Positions 11,801-24,718 are shown, counted from the stretch's first letter. The stretch is 64,000 nt of DNA from Octopus sinensis (GCF_006345805.1 NC_043002.1:60450001-60514000), one strand, 5' to 3'. Notes: generated by a model from the letters alone, not told the origin. A program made the numbers and translations.

Positions 11801-13180
11801 TTGTCATCTTAATACCTAGTTGGGTAGTTACTACTTTAGCAGTGGAATAAATGAGATTATTTAAGGTTGTCAAATCATTCCCCGTATTTCTTAAGATCTG
11901 TCCTAGGGCAACGTTATATGTCATGATTGTGTTGTTATTTCTTGTGCCATTTGAAAACTTTGGTAGTGGTTCTCTATTAACCATGTCAGTGAGCTCAGTC
12001 TTGCCGAGTTCTCTCATAATGTCCACTTTTGCTTCCATAATCTTTTCTCTATTATTCACCTCAAATTCTATGTCATATCTATTTTGGTTTTCTTGAGGAA
12101 GGTCTACGTTCTCCTCTGTTTTCAAATCTCTCGTCTTCGCTATTCTTTGTTTAACTTCCCCATTGGGAAGTTGATTTGCCGCTTGTACACTGGCTTCTGT
12201 GCTACTGTTACCTATTTCGTCTACATTGTTGCTGTTTTCTTTTGGTCTACCATGAGCTATCAGTGTCCTAATTTTGTCAATTTCAGCGTCAGTTAGTCTT
12301 TTGTTTTTAATTATATCTCTGCGTACATTACTTAATTTATTTGCGTCTATATATCTACGTACGTCATTGCCTACTGAATTTCTCCATGAGATGTATGTTT
12401 GTACACTGAGGTTATTGCTTGGGTTTAGTTGGGCTGTATAAAAAGCTTTCAACACATTTCTATAGTCCTCTCTGGTCCATTTTATACGTTTTGCTTTAGG
12501 TGGTGTTTTTGGTGGTGTCACTACAAGTCCAGAGTTAGAAATATTCTGGTTCTGGTCACCTGGTAGATCGTCTTTTTGAGAGTTTGTTCCAGCAGCAAAC
12601 TTTTCGACCCCAGTCTGGTTCCCTACTGGGTAACGCGGTCCTTGTTGTCCCGGGCGATGACCGATCCGGCATGATTTTTGGCTTGTTTTCATTAAATGAT
12701 TGACGGCGACATCAGAGGGGTCCATTTTTTCAGAGTCAACTTATTGACAAGACGCCGCCTCTGTGACGGTGTCGTTAGAAGAAGGGAGTGTTTGTACAGG
12801 GTCAATTTTTTGACAAGACACCGCTTCTGAATTCTCCGAATTAATATATTGTTCATATCGAACTCGCATAAGACTTACAGATCGAAATTCGCCTCTATTT
12901 ATTTTGGTAGTCATGTTTCCGGGCATAACTGTTCAGTGACTTTCTAAATTCAGTGACCAATTTGCTCTTTTTTGCGTTTGTTCGTGAAAAATCGCTTTGT
13001 TTTTGTTTTGTTTTCGTCCGCGTAACGTGGTTTTTCTTTCTGTGTGTACGTGTGAGCGCGTGTAAGCATTATTTATGCTTTATAATTAAAATGTGTACAT
13101 GTATGCACAAACAGTTGCATGTATACTTTACAATTAAAATGTCTACGTGTATGCATAAACAGTTGCATGTATACTTATTT
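8863..13180 (-). mobile_element. Near-intact R4/Dong-clade non-LTR retrotransposon
   Basis: Single RT-RLE ORF, ~150-nt 3'UTR with stem-loop (acttgcc..ggcaggt), 3' end in (TAA)n. The 5' boundary is uncertain. Confidence 0.88.
9021..12725 (-). CDS. Reverse transcriptase + CCHC knuckle + restriction-like endonuclease (R4/Dong ORF), 1234 aa
   Basis: RIKWTREDY N-terminal motif; KTPGLD; NYRPITCL; WIDYRKAYDSVPH; GIFQGDSLSPLLF; FYMDDLKL; YKYLG; CRFC-x8-H-x4-C; RHD; RPDII..IEV..K..KY. Confidence 0.95.
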   Translation of the reverse strand: MDPSDVAVNHLMKTSQKSCRIGHRPGQQGPRYPVGNQTGVEKFAAGTNSQKDDLPGDQNQNISNSGLVVTPPKTPPKAKRIKWTREDYRNVLKAFYTAQLNPSNNLSVQTYISWRNSVGNDVRRYIDANKLSNVRRDIIKNKRLTDAEIDKIRTLIAHGRPKENSNNVDEIGNSSTEASVQAANQLPNGEVKQRIAKTRDLKTEENVDLPQENQNRYDIEFEVNNREKIMEAKVDIMRELGKTELTDMVNREPLPKFSNGTRNNNTIMTYNVALGQILRNTGNDLTTLNNLIYSTAKVVTTQLGIKMTKKKARHVNEPPKWKVAIQKEIESLRADVSVLDELARGVNIKPRKARKIKQKYKIKDLINLPATKELLKQRIQLKAQRLRRYDKRNKFYRQNKFFKTDAKKFYREIGKNKIHIEDPPKIEGVEEFWKKVWSNGKEFNAEADWIEREKERLDELEEQKWEAIGIEELRCVLRKAHKWKTPGLDRIPNFWLNCLTEVHEHLAASLSDVIQNPEQIPAWLTEGTTYLLPKTEDTKNPKNYRPITCLNTTYKILTSIITERMYAFLEQNSILPQAQKGCKRNSYGCKDQLLINRMIVENCRSKNKNLSMAWIDYRKAYDSVPHKWILKALEIYKISPVVSKFLENSMTMWNTRLFLSHSNGMSQSNSINIKRGIFQGDSLSPLLFCMALIPLSNELDSTRYGYKVFSKLINHLFYMDDLKLFARNDQELEGLLTTVKEFSNDIGMDFGLDKCAKATFVRGKLRQTASVKLDIDTTIKELDPQESYKYLGINEGDGIHHATMKEKIRKEYYRRIRLVLKTELNSKNCIEAINTLALPVVQYSFNIINWNLTELQRLDRKTRKLLTSRSMHHPKVDVDRLYLPRSSGGRGMMQLELCYKTSTVGMNRYLSSTKDWMLRLVREHESNKKLHSIVKEAYKFERELDINLESDEEPETTATKQAKRIKQTAKKNGQNQIERRWSQKPLHGQYILRSQNADVDQATTHQWLKSSGLKADTEGFIMAAQDQSLFTRNYQANVLRNGTDPKCRFCDTFDETIDHLVSGCPVLTPNEYKNRHDRVGQYIHWKICKHYKSDTPANWYEHHPQPVVESKDVTILWDFPVNTDRTIKANRPDIIVKDREENTCRLIEVSVPTDKNVSVKEFDKLSKYKDLEIEIQRMWNLKTKTFPVIVGALGMIKKGCQKHLDNIPGKPCLKEIQKIVLTSTAHILRKTLSM

Positions 13181-13474
13181 AATTAATTAATTAATTAATC
13201 AATTTATGTACTTACTGTCTTTCAAGAGCTCTGATGTTCGCTTCTATTTCTTATGCATGTCACATGGAATTATTATGCATAAAAGAAAGAAAACCATACT
13301 ATATATGGCAATAATAGTTCGGACTTTTTAGTTACTTTGCCTTAAAAGAAAGTTTGGAAAAGATATTTTGTGGAACCTTTCTTCCATTGCAACGATGTTG
13401 TTGGATTAAATTCGTTTTTTGGAGAGAGGCTCCCAGGGAACATCCATGTTGTTATTCAGCCCGGAGCTCTTCCT

Positions 13475-13541
<67 letters not shown>

Positions 13542-13542
<1 letters not shown>

Positions 13543-15560
13543 GCCTTTGCACAGCTTCTAACGCTGGAGATGTACTAGTGTCAGCTGTTCACTACCAGTG
13601 AACTAAGGTAACACCTATTTTTTGAGCACCTTCTGGACCGGAGTATTCGAGCGGTTCCAACCAGTGCATTTTTCTGCCAGTGTTCCACCCTTATTGCAGC
13701 CCCCATTTGTTCCACGTACTTGTCGAGATTTGTTTCACTCTGTTCCCAGATCACCGACAATTATTGGTACTACTGCTACATTTTTCATCGACCACAACTA
13801 CTGAACTTCCCAAGCTAACTTGTCATATCTCAAAACTTTTCTTTCTTCATTATCGCATACCTTGTTGTCAGCGGGTCATGCTATGTCCATTATCCAGCAT
13901 ACTTTGTTTTCTTTTTCAATTAAGACTATGTCCGGCTTCCTATGAACTATCTCATGGTTGCACTGAATCATAAAATCCCATATGATTTTTGCATTTCCAT
14001 TTTCAGGTTTGTGGTCGTACCAATTTTTTGCTCTGTCATGTCCATACTTGTTGCAAAGTGTCCAATGGAGAAGCCTGGCTATATTGTCGTGGGGTCTCTT
14101 GTATTTGTACTGGGCTAGTGGTGTACATTGGCTGGTAATATGCCATACGGTTTCACCGTTTTGTTCACTGATTCTGCACTTATCACTTTCCGATGTGTTG
14201 TCTATTCTGTATTTTAAGTAGTTTGTTCTTAGTGTTTGCTCTTGGGCAGCACAGATTGGAGCCTACGTTTCCGGTTTTAAATCACTTTTAGTCATCTACA
14301 GCCATTTTTTTCTCTGTCTGTCTTATCTTCAACATCACTATGAAATTGATCAAGCATTCTTTTCTTTACCCAGCTATTTTCAGTTTCATTGGTTTTCACT
14401 TTCTTGTATAGTGCTTTATCTTTGAAATCTTTCATGCCACACAAGCCTGACCATCCTACTTCTAATATTAGCGGTTCTGTGGCATTTTTACATCCATGCG
14501 ATGTTGTTTTCTCCTGCTCTTATGCTGTGTTTGCATCCAATAAGTCCTCTTCGCCCTCTTTTTCTTGGTACATACAGTCTGTCTGTGTTACTTTTGGGGT
14601 GGAATGACCTATATCGAGTTAACTTCCTTGTCTTTCTGTCTAAGCTGTTTATTTCGTCTACTGTCCATGCGATTACCCCTACTCCATATCGAAGGTGTGA
14701 AACCACCCAGGTGTTGATAGCTTCGATCTTATTCAATACGTTTAATTTCGACTTAAGGATCAGTCTCACTCTACGTAAGTACTCCATCTTAAAATATTCT
14801 GTCATTCCTTTCTCCATTAATTCTTTCTCCATTTCCAAAATCCCCAGGTACTTATAGCTCGTCTCTTCTATCTGCTTCAGAACCTTCCCCGACGGTAACG
14901 TTAGTCCGTCCATACATATGATTTTGCCTCTCGTCAATTCTAACACACCACACTTTCTCAGTCCGAACTCCATTCTGATATCAGCATTGAAGGTATACAC
15001 CGTATCAACTAGGGAACTGACTTGGGGTTCATCTTTACTATAAAGTTTGAGGTCATCCATGAATAACAAGTGGTTAACTTTTTGTTGGCGGCTTTTGAAT
15101 AGATACCCAGTTTTTGCTTTCCTGAGAATCAGTCTCAGTGTTATCAAGCATAGTACAAATATCAGTGAGGACAGGCAGTCACCTTGGAAGATGCCCCCCC
15201 CCCCTAATTCCTACTGTCCCGAAACTTCATCCGTATGCTGCCAGGTCCGTCCTCTAATTCGCCATGCTTTTTCCAAACAATCGCTCAACGTTCGATGCAA
15301 TCCCGGACAGGTTCATACACTCCATAATCCAAGAATGTGGGATCATATTGTGCACCTTACGATAGCCGACACGTGGCAGGGTTAAGTTACTTTTCCTCTT
15401 CTTGCAGTCTCTGAGTGCAGTTTTATTTATCAGGATTTGATACTTGGTACCTCTGCACTTACGCTTGCAACACTGCTGCTCATGTAGCAGGACTCAATTT
15501 TGTTCTAGATGTTCGTACATTGACTCTGCGAGTATTCCTGTCAATAACTTCCACATAAGT
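13542..15560 (-). mobile_element. Decayed Dong/R4-like LINE (second family)
   Basis: FQGDCLSSLIF and ORF 14488-15147 NHLLFMDDLKLY..FGLRKC..YKYLGILE..NKIEAINTW..DRLYVPRKRGRRGL. Decayed RLE downstream. 3' end abuts (TAA)n at 13477-13541. Confidence 0.88.
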
Positions 15561-15639
15561 GGCAAACAGTGTGTGTATATATATTATACACACAACGCAC
15601 ACACACATATAATATATGTGTATATATATATGCACATTT

Positions 15640-16920
15640 GTATATTTTGTTTTATGCATGTATTTTTATACATATTGTTGCTTGTCTAGACATGGTCATA
15701 TATATATTTAAACGATAAAATTCTGGAAACTTCTACAATTTTTACAGTTCCAGTGATGGATTCAATCAGCTTTCTCTTTTTTGGGTTTGAGAAACTTAAT
15801 TTCTCAATATTAATTCTCACACAGTACTCCAAGTATCCTTGTACTCCAAGAATTATAGGTATAATATGCCTTAGCTTATAATCTGAATAGAGTAACTGTA
15901 GATTTCTCAACAGTTCGGCTTAGGTAATTTCTTTTTCGCTGATGTTTAGCTTTATGCTAATATCCGCTGGGCAATCGATTTCTAGTATGTGATTGTTCAG
16001 TTTTATTTCGAGATTTCTTGTCGATAGAAAAGGAGCTGGTTTCTAACCTAGATACAAGGCTCCTTCATTGGAATTTCAATATCAACAAGACATTTTTGTT
16101 CGTATGTATGTATATATGTATGTTATTGTTCAGTTTTATTTCAACATTTCTTCCTAATCGCGAAAGTGACGGTTTCTAACCTGGATCCAAGGTTTCTTCA
16201 TTAGAAATCCACATGTCTGTATTTTTAGGTGGATATTTGTATGTTTTGTTTTATGTATGTATTCTCATGCATATAGTTGTATATCTAAACATGCTCATAT
16301 ATACTTAGATGATAAACCTCTGGAAAGCTTTACATATTTTTCACAGGTCCAGCGACGGAATGGGTCAATAGTCTACGAATTAACTTTCTTCTTTCTGATT
16401 TTGTGAAGCCTAATTTCTCAAGATTGGTATTTAGGCTGTGTATAAACCTGAACTTGTAATCTGGTTTCTTAATAGTTCAGCATTGGTGTTCTCATTTTCA
16501 CTGCTCTTCTGCTTTATGTTAACATCCACTGCGCAACTAATTTCCACAACTGTGCACAGTTTCTCTTCTCTCTCCCAAGTCATTATATCAGTTCTGTTGT
16601 GCTAACATTTTAATGATGTCTTCAGAAGGACATTTAACGATGTATGTATGAATGTATGTATGTATGTATGTGTGTATGTATGTATGCATGTATGTATGTT
16701 GTTATTTATTTTTATTTCAAGATTCCATGCCAATAGATATAGAGTCGATTTCTAACCTAGATCCAAAGTTCCTTCATTGAACTTTAAGCATCAACAGGGT
16801 ACTTTTGCTTGTATGTATGTATAAGTGTGGATGGCATGTTTGTTTTCAACTATGAATACTCATGTATATAGCTGCATATCTAGACATGTTCATATATACA
16901 TAAATGATAACCTTCTAGAA
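15640..16920 (-). mobile_element. Cluster of 3-4 truncated 3' ends of an RLE LINE with (CATA)n tails
   Basis: ORF tail RNLQLLYSDYKLRHIIPIILG..EKLSFS..SITGTVKI (15686-15910; second copy ~16310-16630). The terminal block attgttcagttttatttc..tttctaacctagatccaagg..cttcatt occurs at ~15992, ~16125 and ~16700. Confidence 0.75.
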
Positions 16921-17469
16921 TGACATATGTATGTAATGTAGATAGGTAGATACGGAAATATGTGTATATCATAATTTTAAAAGTATTCGATAACATTAAA
17001 GAAAATATGTCTCAACATAGAATCAAACTGATAAATTTATTTAGTAAATGACCAAAGGGAAGCGAGTTCTAACGATTCGGACATAGCATGGTAATTTCAG
17101 AAATTTAGAGTTTCAGAATTTCAGAGAAAAGACTTAGATTTAATTCCGTCGTTATTTATTTTGTCATTCAGCAATAGAACTAAATATTTCTAAGCCATTA
17201 GAAATACAATTTGAACATGAATATCTCTTGTTAGCATCTGCTACAAGAATAGCTGGTAATCTAATGGCATAAAATGGACTTTTCAAGATGACCGCTAAAT
17301 GGTATTCCATATTCGAAATTGCATATCAGACCATTAATACAGTATTTATTGCTCGTTGCTCATTTTCACGGGGGGTTGAAGTCCTATGAATGCCTGATTA
17401 TATCCTGTAACTCAGCTTCCTTCATCCAATAAAATTTAACTTCTGCTTAATTTCCCTTTACAAATTTCA

Positions 17470-18620
17470 TCGACCCTCCTCTCACTTCTCTTTCTCTACC
17501 AACCTCGTACCTCCACGTCTAATCATGTTTATTTCACTTTCAGTTCCTTGTCTTTCTTTCTCTCCTTCGGTAACCCTCTCTCCCTCTGCAGGTCCTTCTA
17601 CATTGCACTTCCCTCTCTCTCTCTCTATTTCTATCTATCTTTTGCTTTCTCTTTCACTCTACCTCTGTAACTCTGTCTCCTTCTGTCGATCTCTCTCTCT
17701 CTCTCTGTTACTTCCTCATTCTCTCTGTTGCTCTTTTCTCGCTTTGTTGATCTTACTCTCTCTGTCGCTCTCTCTATCTTACAGTATAGTCTCTCTCACT
17801 TACTCTCACTCTTTATCTGTATTGCTCTCTCTTTCTGTCTTTGGGCTCTCTCTCTCTCTCTCCCTTTGTTGCTGTCTCGATCCCCCTTTGTGCCCCCTCT
17901 CTCTCTGTCACGCGCGTTCTCTCTCTCTCTCTCTCTATGTTGCCTTCTCTCTCCCTCTCTGCGTTGCTTTCTCTCTCTGTTGCTTTCTCTATCTCTCATT
18001 GTTACTCTCTTCCCTCAACTCTATCTCTGCCTCTGCCTCTCCCTCTCCTCCTTTCCCGCATACAAATAAAGACACGCAGAGACTCACACAAACAGAAACA
18101 TACACATACAGACTCTCAAATGAACAGATATTCGCACACTAACCCACACTCTCTTTATTTCATCCCGTGCATTCTCTTCTCTCACAAATTACTCACTGAA
18201 ACTACTTGAATGAAGAAACGAAATATTTCTTCATTTCTTCTCCCGCCTTATAATTCTAGTTTCCATTACCTTTCATCTGTCTATCTACAAATTCCAACTT
18301 TTCTCTCTGTTTATCTTTCTTTATCTATCTTCCTCCGTCTTACTTTATATTCCTCTCGATCAACTTCTAAACTTCTCCATTTTCCTTTCATATTTCCATT
18401 AGCATTTCACAAGATTTTCGTTCTCATTCTTTCTTCATCTAATTTAATGCTAATCTTTTTATCATTAGTCTTCCATTCTTTCATTATCTTTCTTCCACTA
18501 ATCTATTCTCTACCACTGACAAATCTATTTCTTTCATTCTTAATCTTTCTGATTTTCTTTCTCTCCTACAAAGCACAGATATCATTAGCTCTTTCACTCT
18601 TTCTTAATCATCTAACTTAC
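17470..18620. repeat. CT-rich low-complexity region
   Basis: Degenerate (CT)n. The SL-rich ORFs here are compositional artefacts. Confidence 0.85.
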
Positions 18621-18741
18621 TGTGTTTAGGCATAAATTTCCATTACTCAATATGATACTTTTTCCTAGGAATCTCCCTCCTTTCATACATACGTGCATAC
18701 ATACACACATACATACATACATACATACATATATACATGCA

Positions 18742-19139
18742 CTAGCAGTATCGCCCGGCGTTGCTCGGGTTGTAAGGGAAATAACTATATAAGCATTTTT
18801 AGAGAGTTATAGCCCAAAAATAGCAAAAAAATGCATTAAAAATTGAAAAAAAATTAAGGTAAATTTTATTTTAAATCGTTGACACATCGTAGATATTTTT
18901 AGAGAGTTACTTCCCTTATATAAAAGCGAAAAAAATGCATTAAAATGGAAAAATATGATGGTAAATTTTTTTTAAATCGTAGACTCATCGTAGACACACG
19001 CTAATACCCAGAAGGGCTCGATATGAATCACGACTATAAGATACCCGCTTTTGGTTAAACTGCACCGCAAAATGTGGGAGTAGTTAGGAATCTAAATCGT
19101 AGGAGACAGACACCACACAACTTCACTCTTATATAAAGA
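18742..19139 (-). mobile_element. Non-autonomous Helitron
   Basis: A|TC 5' end at 19139, subterminal hairpin cccgagcaacgccggg, CTAG|T 3' end at 18742. Ends shared with 38902-39716. Confidence 0.9.
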
Positions 19140-19140
19140 T

Positions 19141-19465
19141 GCTTTTTTTTTTCAGTCATAGAGTTAGATTTATGAAGGTCTTCAGTAGAAAATCCTTCGA
19201 ATTCTGACTCGCTGCTTGATATAATGAAATTCGTATCCATTTTTTGTCAGAATTACAAATTTTGAAAACACAATAGGAACAAATTTCGGAAAAAAATCTC
19301 CCATAATTCACGGAATTAAAATTACACTTCGATTTTTGTACAAAACTGTAGTTGAAGTGTTTACGAAGTATAATACGTGTTTTCACGAATGTACTAAAGA
19401 GATTTGCTCTGATATTCTCATTTAAATATGAATAGGTAAATTCGGGCGGCTTGGTAACGAAAAGG
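19141..19465 (-). mobile_element. piggyBac-like 5' fragment
   Basis: TTAA (19466-19469) followed by CCTTTTCGTTACC terminus. Short ORF MDTNFIISSSESEFEGFSTEDL resembles acidic piggyBac N-termini. Confidence 0.55.
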
Positions 19466-19599
19466 TTAAACGGATGCATACATTTATTAATCTCTTATTA
19501 TAATAACTATATATAAGTGTCGTCTGTTTATACATAAACACTGTTTCATACTGCAATTATATATACATATATCTATATATAATATTATATAATAAAATA

Positions 19600-20358
19600 T
19601 ATACAGAGTAAAATAAAAACCAATTTACCTTTTCTGTCCGTCCGTGTGTCTTTGCAAATGTGTTGGAATGATAAGTGAGTTGTGTTTTGGCGCCTTTTTT
19701 ACTAATAACAAACACACACGTGTTTGTATGTAGTTGTATGTGTATGTAGTTGTATGTAGTTGTATATGTATGTGTATGCGTGTGTGTGAGGAATGACACA
19801 CACACATTCACGCACGCACACATGTACATCAATGCATTCGGAGTGATATGTTAAAATATTGAGTTTTCTCGAATTTTGTCTTAATTGGTGGTAAAATTGA
19901 AAGAAATTGTTTATGGCATCACCCACTGAAGTACTCTGAAAAATCATGGGTACACTCTAATTGAAGAAATTGTGTGAGGAGTAAATAGTTATGTATTTAT
20001 TTGTTTCTGTTTGCTGTGTTTCTTTATTTTTTGAGTAGTGGTTTAAATACTTTCAGTTTAGTCTTCCTCAAATCACTCTGTCGCTATTTACTTTCATTTT
20101 ATTCGTTGCACACCGTGTGTGTGCGTTTGCGTGTGTTGTAAACCAGACTAAGAAAAGCATTTGACATACACACCAGAATGTGAGTTTTCTGTAAATTTTG
20201 CTTAATTGGAGTTTAAATTTTAAAAACTGGACCTGGCATGACCCGATGCATTCTACTCTTAAAAATGCTAGGTAAATTGTAATTGAAGAAATCCTATATT
20301 GTAGATTTCTATAACTCCCAAAGGGAGGCAGATAAAATCTGCCTTTTATAATAAGAGA
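19600..20358 (-). mobile_element. Helitron-like repeat (copy 1; homologue 40330-41311)
   Basis: 5' TCTCTTATTATAAAAGGCAGATTTTATCTGCC end. Long shared blocks with 40330-41311. No 3' CTAG end found. Confidence 0.65.
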
Positions 20359-22040
20359 TACATACATACATACATACATGCATGCATGTATTCATACATA
20401 CATACATACATACATGCATACATACATACATACATACATACATACATACATGCATACATACGTACATACATATATATATATTTACATATAAATTTACAGA
20501 ACGGATGTATTAGTTTCACGCTAGGGAAAGTGGAAGAGTCTCTCACGTTTCGAGCCGCCACTCTTCAACAGAAAGGAATAAGAGAAATAAGCAGAGAGAG
20601 AATGAGAAGCATGTGTATGTGCAGTTATGTATATATATATACATGTTTATGTCTTGACAAAACTCTTGAATCGGGCAAAAATGGCCAGCAGAGAAGATAT
20701 GTAAGAATTAGATAGATATAAATTTTAATTCAAACCAAAAGTTCTTCTTTCTTTTAAAATCAGACATTCAAAGACTTACAAATGGATAGGGAGGAATGAT
20801 AAAAAAAATAAAAGAAATTATATACATATTTTAGTCAATAGACTGCGGTGATTCTGGAAAACTTCCGTGATGAATTTGTATTCGAATGAATCGAACTTAG
20901 TACTTGCTTTTTCTAAGCCTAGTACTTACGTTATCGGACCCTTTCAGCGAATCACCAAATTACAGAGACGTAAACACACCAACGCCGGTTCGCCTTCCGC
21001 GGTGGTTGACAGCCGCAATCACAAAGAAATACGCACGTACACCCCCACACACACTCGCACTTACACACACACTTATGTCTATACATGATGGTGGAGGCGG
21101 CTTTCAGCTTCCATCTATCAAGTACGCTCACACATCTGCGGTTGGCCCGAGACCATAGTAGAAGATACCCTCGCAAGGAGTCACACGGTGGTTCCGAACC
21201 CGAAACCATGTGTTTGAGAGGCAAGCTTCTTCACACACAGACACACCTGTGCCTAGCTGATTAAATGTATCAATTATACATATGTTGTTACTTTTGAATA
21301 AATACTAATACTCAGATATAACTTTCTAGACAACCTGACATCTATACAAGTGAAACCCAGAAGATTACGATTAGAAAACAGAAAATGAATGGTAATGTTA
21401 ACATATACCGTCAAAATGTCTATTGTATTCGAGTCATTATATCTAGGCTGATCTTGTTAAATATCTTGTTGAATTAATTTCAAAAGTATGGCTTCATTGA
21501 AATGCAAAGATCTCCAAATGTTAGACTGTACTATTTGAACATCCAAAACATTAATACATTAGAGCAAATCGACTGAAAGTGATGGATATAGAATGCCTGT
21601 CACCAACATGTTGAAACTCTCCTTTTTTACTGAATATCCAAATGTCTAGGCTGTGAGAAGACAAACGTGAGACATTGCTCGGATCTGATTAAAACTTATG
21701 CAAATTGTCATCTTATTAATTTCCATATTTACATGTGTATATGTCTGAATACATTATACTTGATTTTAAATGAGAAAGAAAAGAGCTGTAGTTTGACTTA
21801 TATATGGAGGAAAACTAGAGCTGTGAAAATGTTTTAGAGAAAGTGTGTTCCTTCCTCGTTTGTAACCCTCATCGACATTTCTAAGAATTATTCACATGGT
21901 AATCAGCGCCATAACAAATTCCACACCATATCTCAGTGAAACATTTGTTCAACAACTTCGTTTTCGAGTGTGCCATTTTACCCATCGTGTCTGATCCAGC
22001 GATCAGAGTTCAAGTCTCGGTAGAACCTAAGTATTTGTTT

Positions 22041-22196
22041 AGGCGCAGGAGTTGCTGTGTGGTAAATAGCTTTCTTACCAACCACATGGTTCAGTCCCAT
22101 TGCGTGGCACGTTGGGCAACTGTCTTCCATTATAGCCTCGGGCCGACCAAAGCCTTTTGAGTGGATTTGGTAGACGGAAACTGAAAGAAGTCCGTC

Positions 22197-22244
<48 letters not shown>

Positions 22245-22482
22245 GTGTGTGTGTGTATGTTTGTGCGTCTGTATCCCCACCCTGCCAACATCGCTTGACA
22301 TCCGATGCTGGTGTGTTTACGTCTACCATAACTTAGCGGTTCGGCAAAAGAGACCGATGGAATAAGTACTAGGCTTACAAAGAATAAGTCCTTGAGTCGA
22401 TTTGCTCGACTAAAAGACGGTGCTCCAGCATGGCCACAGACAAATGAGTGAAACAAGTAAAAGAATAAAAGAATAAAAGAAT
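22041..22482 (+). mobile_element. Full-length tRNA-derived SINE family A with internal (TA)n/(TG)n
   Basis: A-box-like gctgtgtggtaa, B-box-like ggttcagtccc, CORE-like ttgggcaa.tgtcttc, (aaagaata)n tail. Many fragments elsewhere (2844, 20860-21255, 24410, 32585, 33650, 46560, 51860, 54600, 63700). Confidence 0.85.
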
Positions 22483-24635
22483 ACTACTGAGTGACCTGGT
22501 GAGTTGTAACAATCAGGCTAAGGTACACCAAAACCGTAGAATGGTATCGTAGGCTATTTTAGCTCGAGCTATTCCAAGAGCTGATTACTCTTTCATTGTT
22601 ATATTTCAGTTCTTCATTCGCATTTATCAAATATATAGTTTCGGGTGCCTCTTCTGTCTTCCTTGTAGCACCTCCGGTTTAAAATGTTATTTTACATTTA
22701 AGCCGTACCGAGATCAATATACAGCATTTCTTAGGAAAATGAATTCTAATACATAAGCTAGCCAACAAACAGGCATTTTGCGCGGTTCACACTTCTCTCT
22801 TCTCTTTTTCAGTCATCTGTAAATAAGAGAAAATTCTAACAAACAAAATTGTATTTCATATCTAGGAACATCACTGTTTCCCCCAGTGGTTCCATGAAAA
22901 TGTTGATAATCTATGTCTCATTCTAACTAATGGATTGGCCATTCCTATCTCGATAATAATTACTAGATTGTTTCAGAACTATTTGTATGCTTACGATCCC
23001 AATGGATAATTAATATATCATATATAACATGAGAGCCATAATCGATGAAAAATCAATATAATGATCAGCGGTACTTAATTGATCCTTTCATGTTCAGAGC
23101 TAAATTGCTCTCTGATTGGCTGTTTTCATGCTTCTAGGTTGTAGAATAGATTAGACATTTGTAGAGACTGTAAACGACGAAACGTTGTACCTCTAAAATA
23201 GTTACACGTTTCTGTTGTTGTTCTTTCTGTTGTTAAAACTTAATCTGTCAGTAATCCAATAGATATATGATGAAAGGCATTGCATTTATGACTAACTTGA
23301 AATATATAAGAGCATTATTTACTCCAGACTACATTATTCGTTACAATGAGTTTTGATACATACTCTGGTACTGTTTTTTAGAGTAGGTGTAAAACAATGA
23401 AAGAGGATCGATTCGCTCTTCTTTCTTCCTCAACACCTTTATTGAAGGCAGGGTAGAATCGTTTCTCCATTTGTTAATTCATTTTCAAAAGCAAAGAAAA
23501 AAAACATCCCTTTCAAATTCTTCATGGAAACCCATCCATATTTGTCATATCCATAAAACCTCAATTCCAGCCATCATTTCGTTATACCATTGCAGCGATT
23601 ATTCTTTGTGGTATTTTTCCATTGGGTACCATCAGAAAGAATAATTTCTAATTTCAATGTTTCGCAGTGTCAATGAATGTCAGTTTTAGTTATAGTTAAC
23701 CCTTTTTTTTTATTTTTAAAATTCATGTTGACAATGAAGACATTTGGTTACTTGGTCCACCTTCTCGACAACCTGACAGTAATCGTTGTCACTTACAACA
23801 ATCAACGTTGATTTTATGAATTTCATAGTCATATGCGATTCTCAGATCATTAAATTCAAATCGTAAATTACTTTAAAAACATGTATGAATCATCCCCCCC
23901 TTTTTTTTAAAGGGCAAAGAGTAATAAAAATAAGGGAACGTGTGCTTTCCTCCTTACTTTATTCTCAACACTTGCCAAAAAAAATTCAATGTTTATGTGG
24001 CAACTAATGTTTCGTTATGTTATAGTCTTGGACTGAGCTAAAATTTCATGAAGTGAATAATATGGGTTTTGTGTGACAACTTTATAAATGCAACGGGCCA
24101 TTAGACACTTACCTTCGAACAATTAATTACTTTGAGACCCACGAATCGATACACAGAATTATTATCTATGTCTATATCAATGGGATTTCCTTAAATTTAC
24201 GTTATATTTTTGTTGTCTTTGTTGAATGGAAGCCAGTTACACACTGAAAGGAATCTTTGATAGAAGTCGGTGTTTTAAAAGATTTTGTCACATATCCTAC
24301 TTGAATACGCGCGTTTTAATATCTTTGAACAAACATACACACACATGGAAAAATATACGCACTCACGAAAAAAAAAACACACACACACACACGCATATAT
24401 ATGTATGTATGTATCTGTGTTTGTGTCTTTGTGTCTGTATTTGTCCCACCCATCCCTGCTTGACGACTGGTGTTGATGTGTTTACGTTCCCGAAATTAGC
24501 GGTTCGGCAAAAGCGACCGGTAGAATGAGTATTAGACTTAACAAGATAAGCCCTGGGTGTCAATGTTTTCGACTAAAACCCCTCAAGCTTGTACTCCAGC
24601 ATAGTCGTATTCAAAGATTTGAATATACACTTTAG

Positions 24636-24718
<83 letters not shown>

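Noticed and set aside
9417-12296. Plus-strand ORFs inside the Dong element
   Set aside because: Antisense shadows of the RT ORF with no recognisable motifs.
12927-13476. HDV-like ribozyme expected at the 5' end of some RLE LINEs
   Set aside because: No nested double pseudoknot found by eye; only a 49-bp tandem duplicate and (TTAA)n.
17525-18629. ORFs up to 205 aa, plus the many YI/HT/CV/polyL ORFs across the window
   Set aside because: Translations of microsatellite and low-complexity DNA.
20535-20580. Minus-strand CUGUUGAA-GAGU..GCUC-GAAACGUG
   Set aside because: A6U change and a non-cleavable GUG triplet; probably a decayed HHR, not called.
23500-23670. Minus-strand peptide-like stretch IILSDGTQWKN..WLELRFYGYDKYGW
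   Set aside because: In-frame stop, no clear splice sites and no recognised homology.
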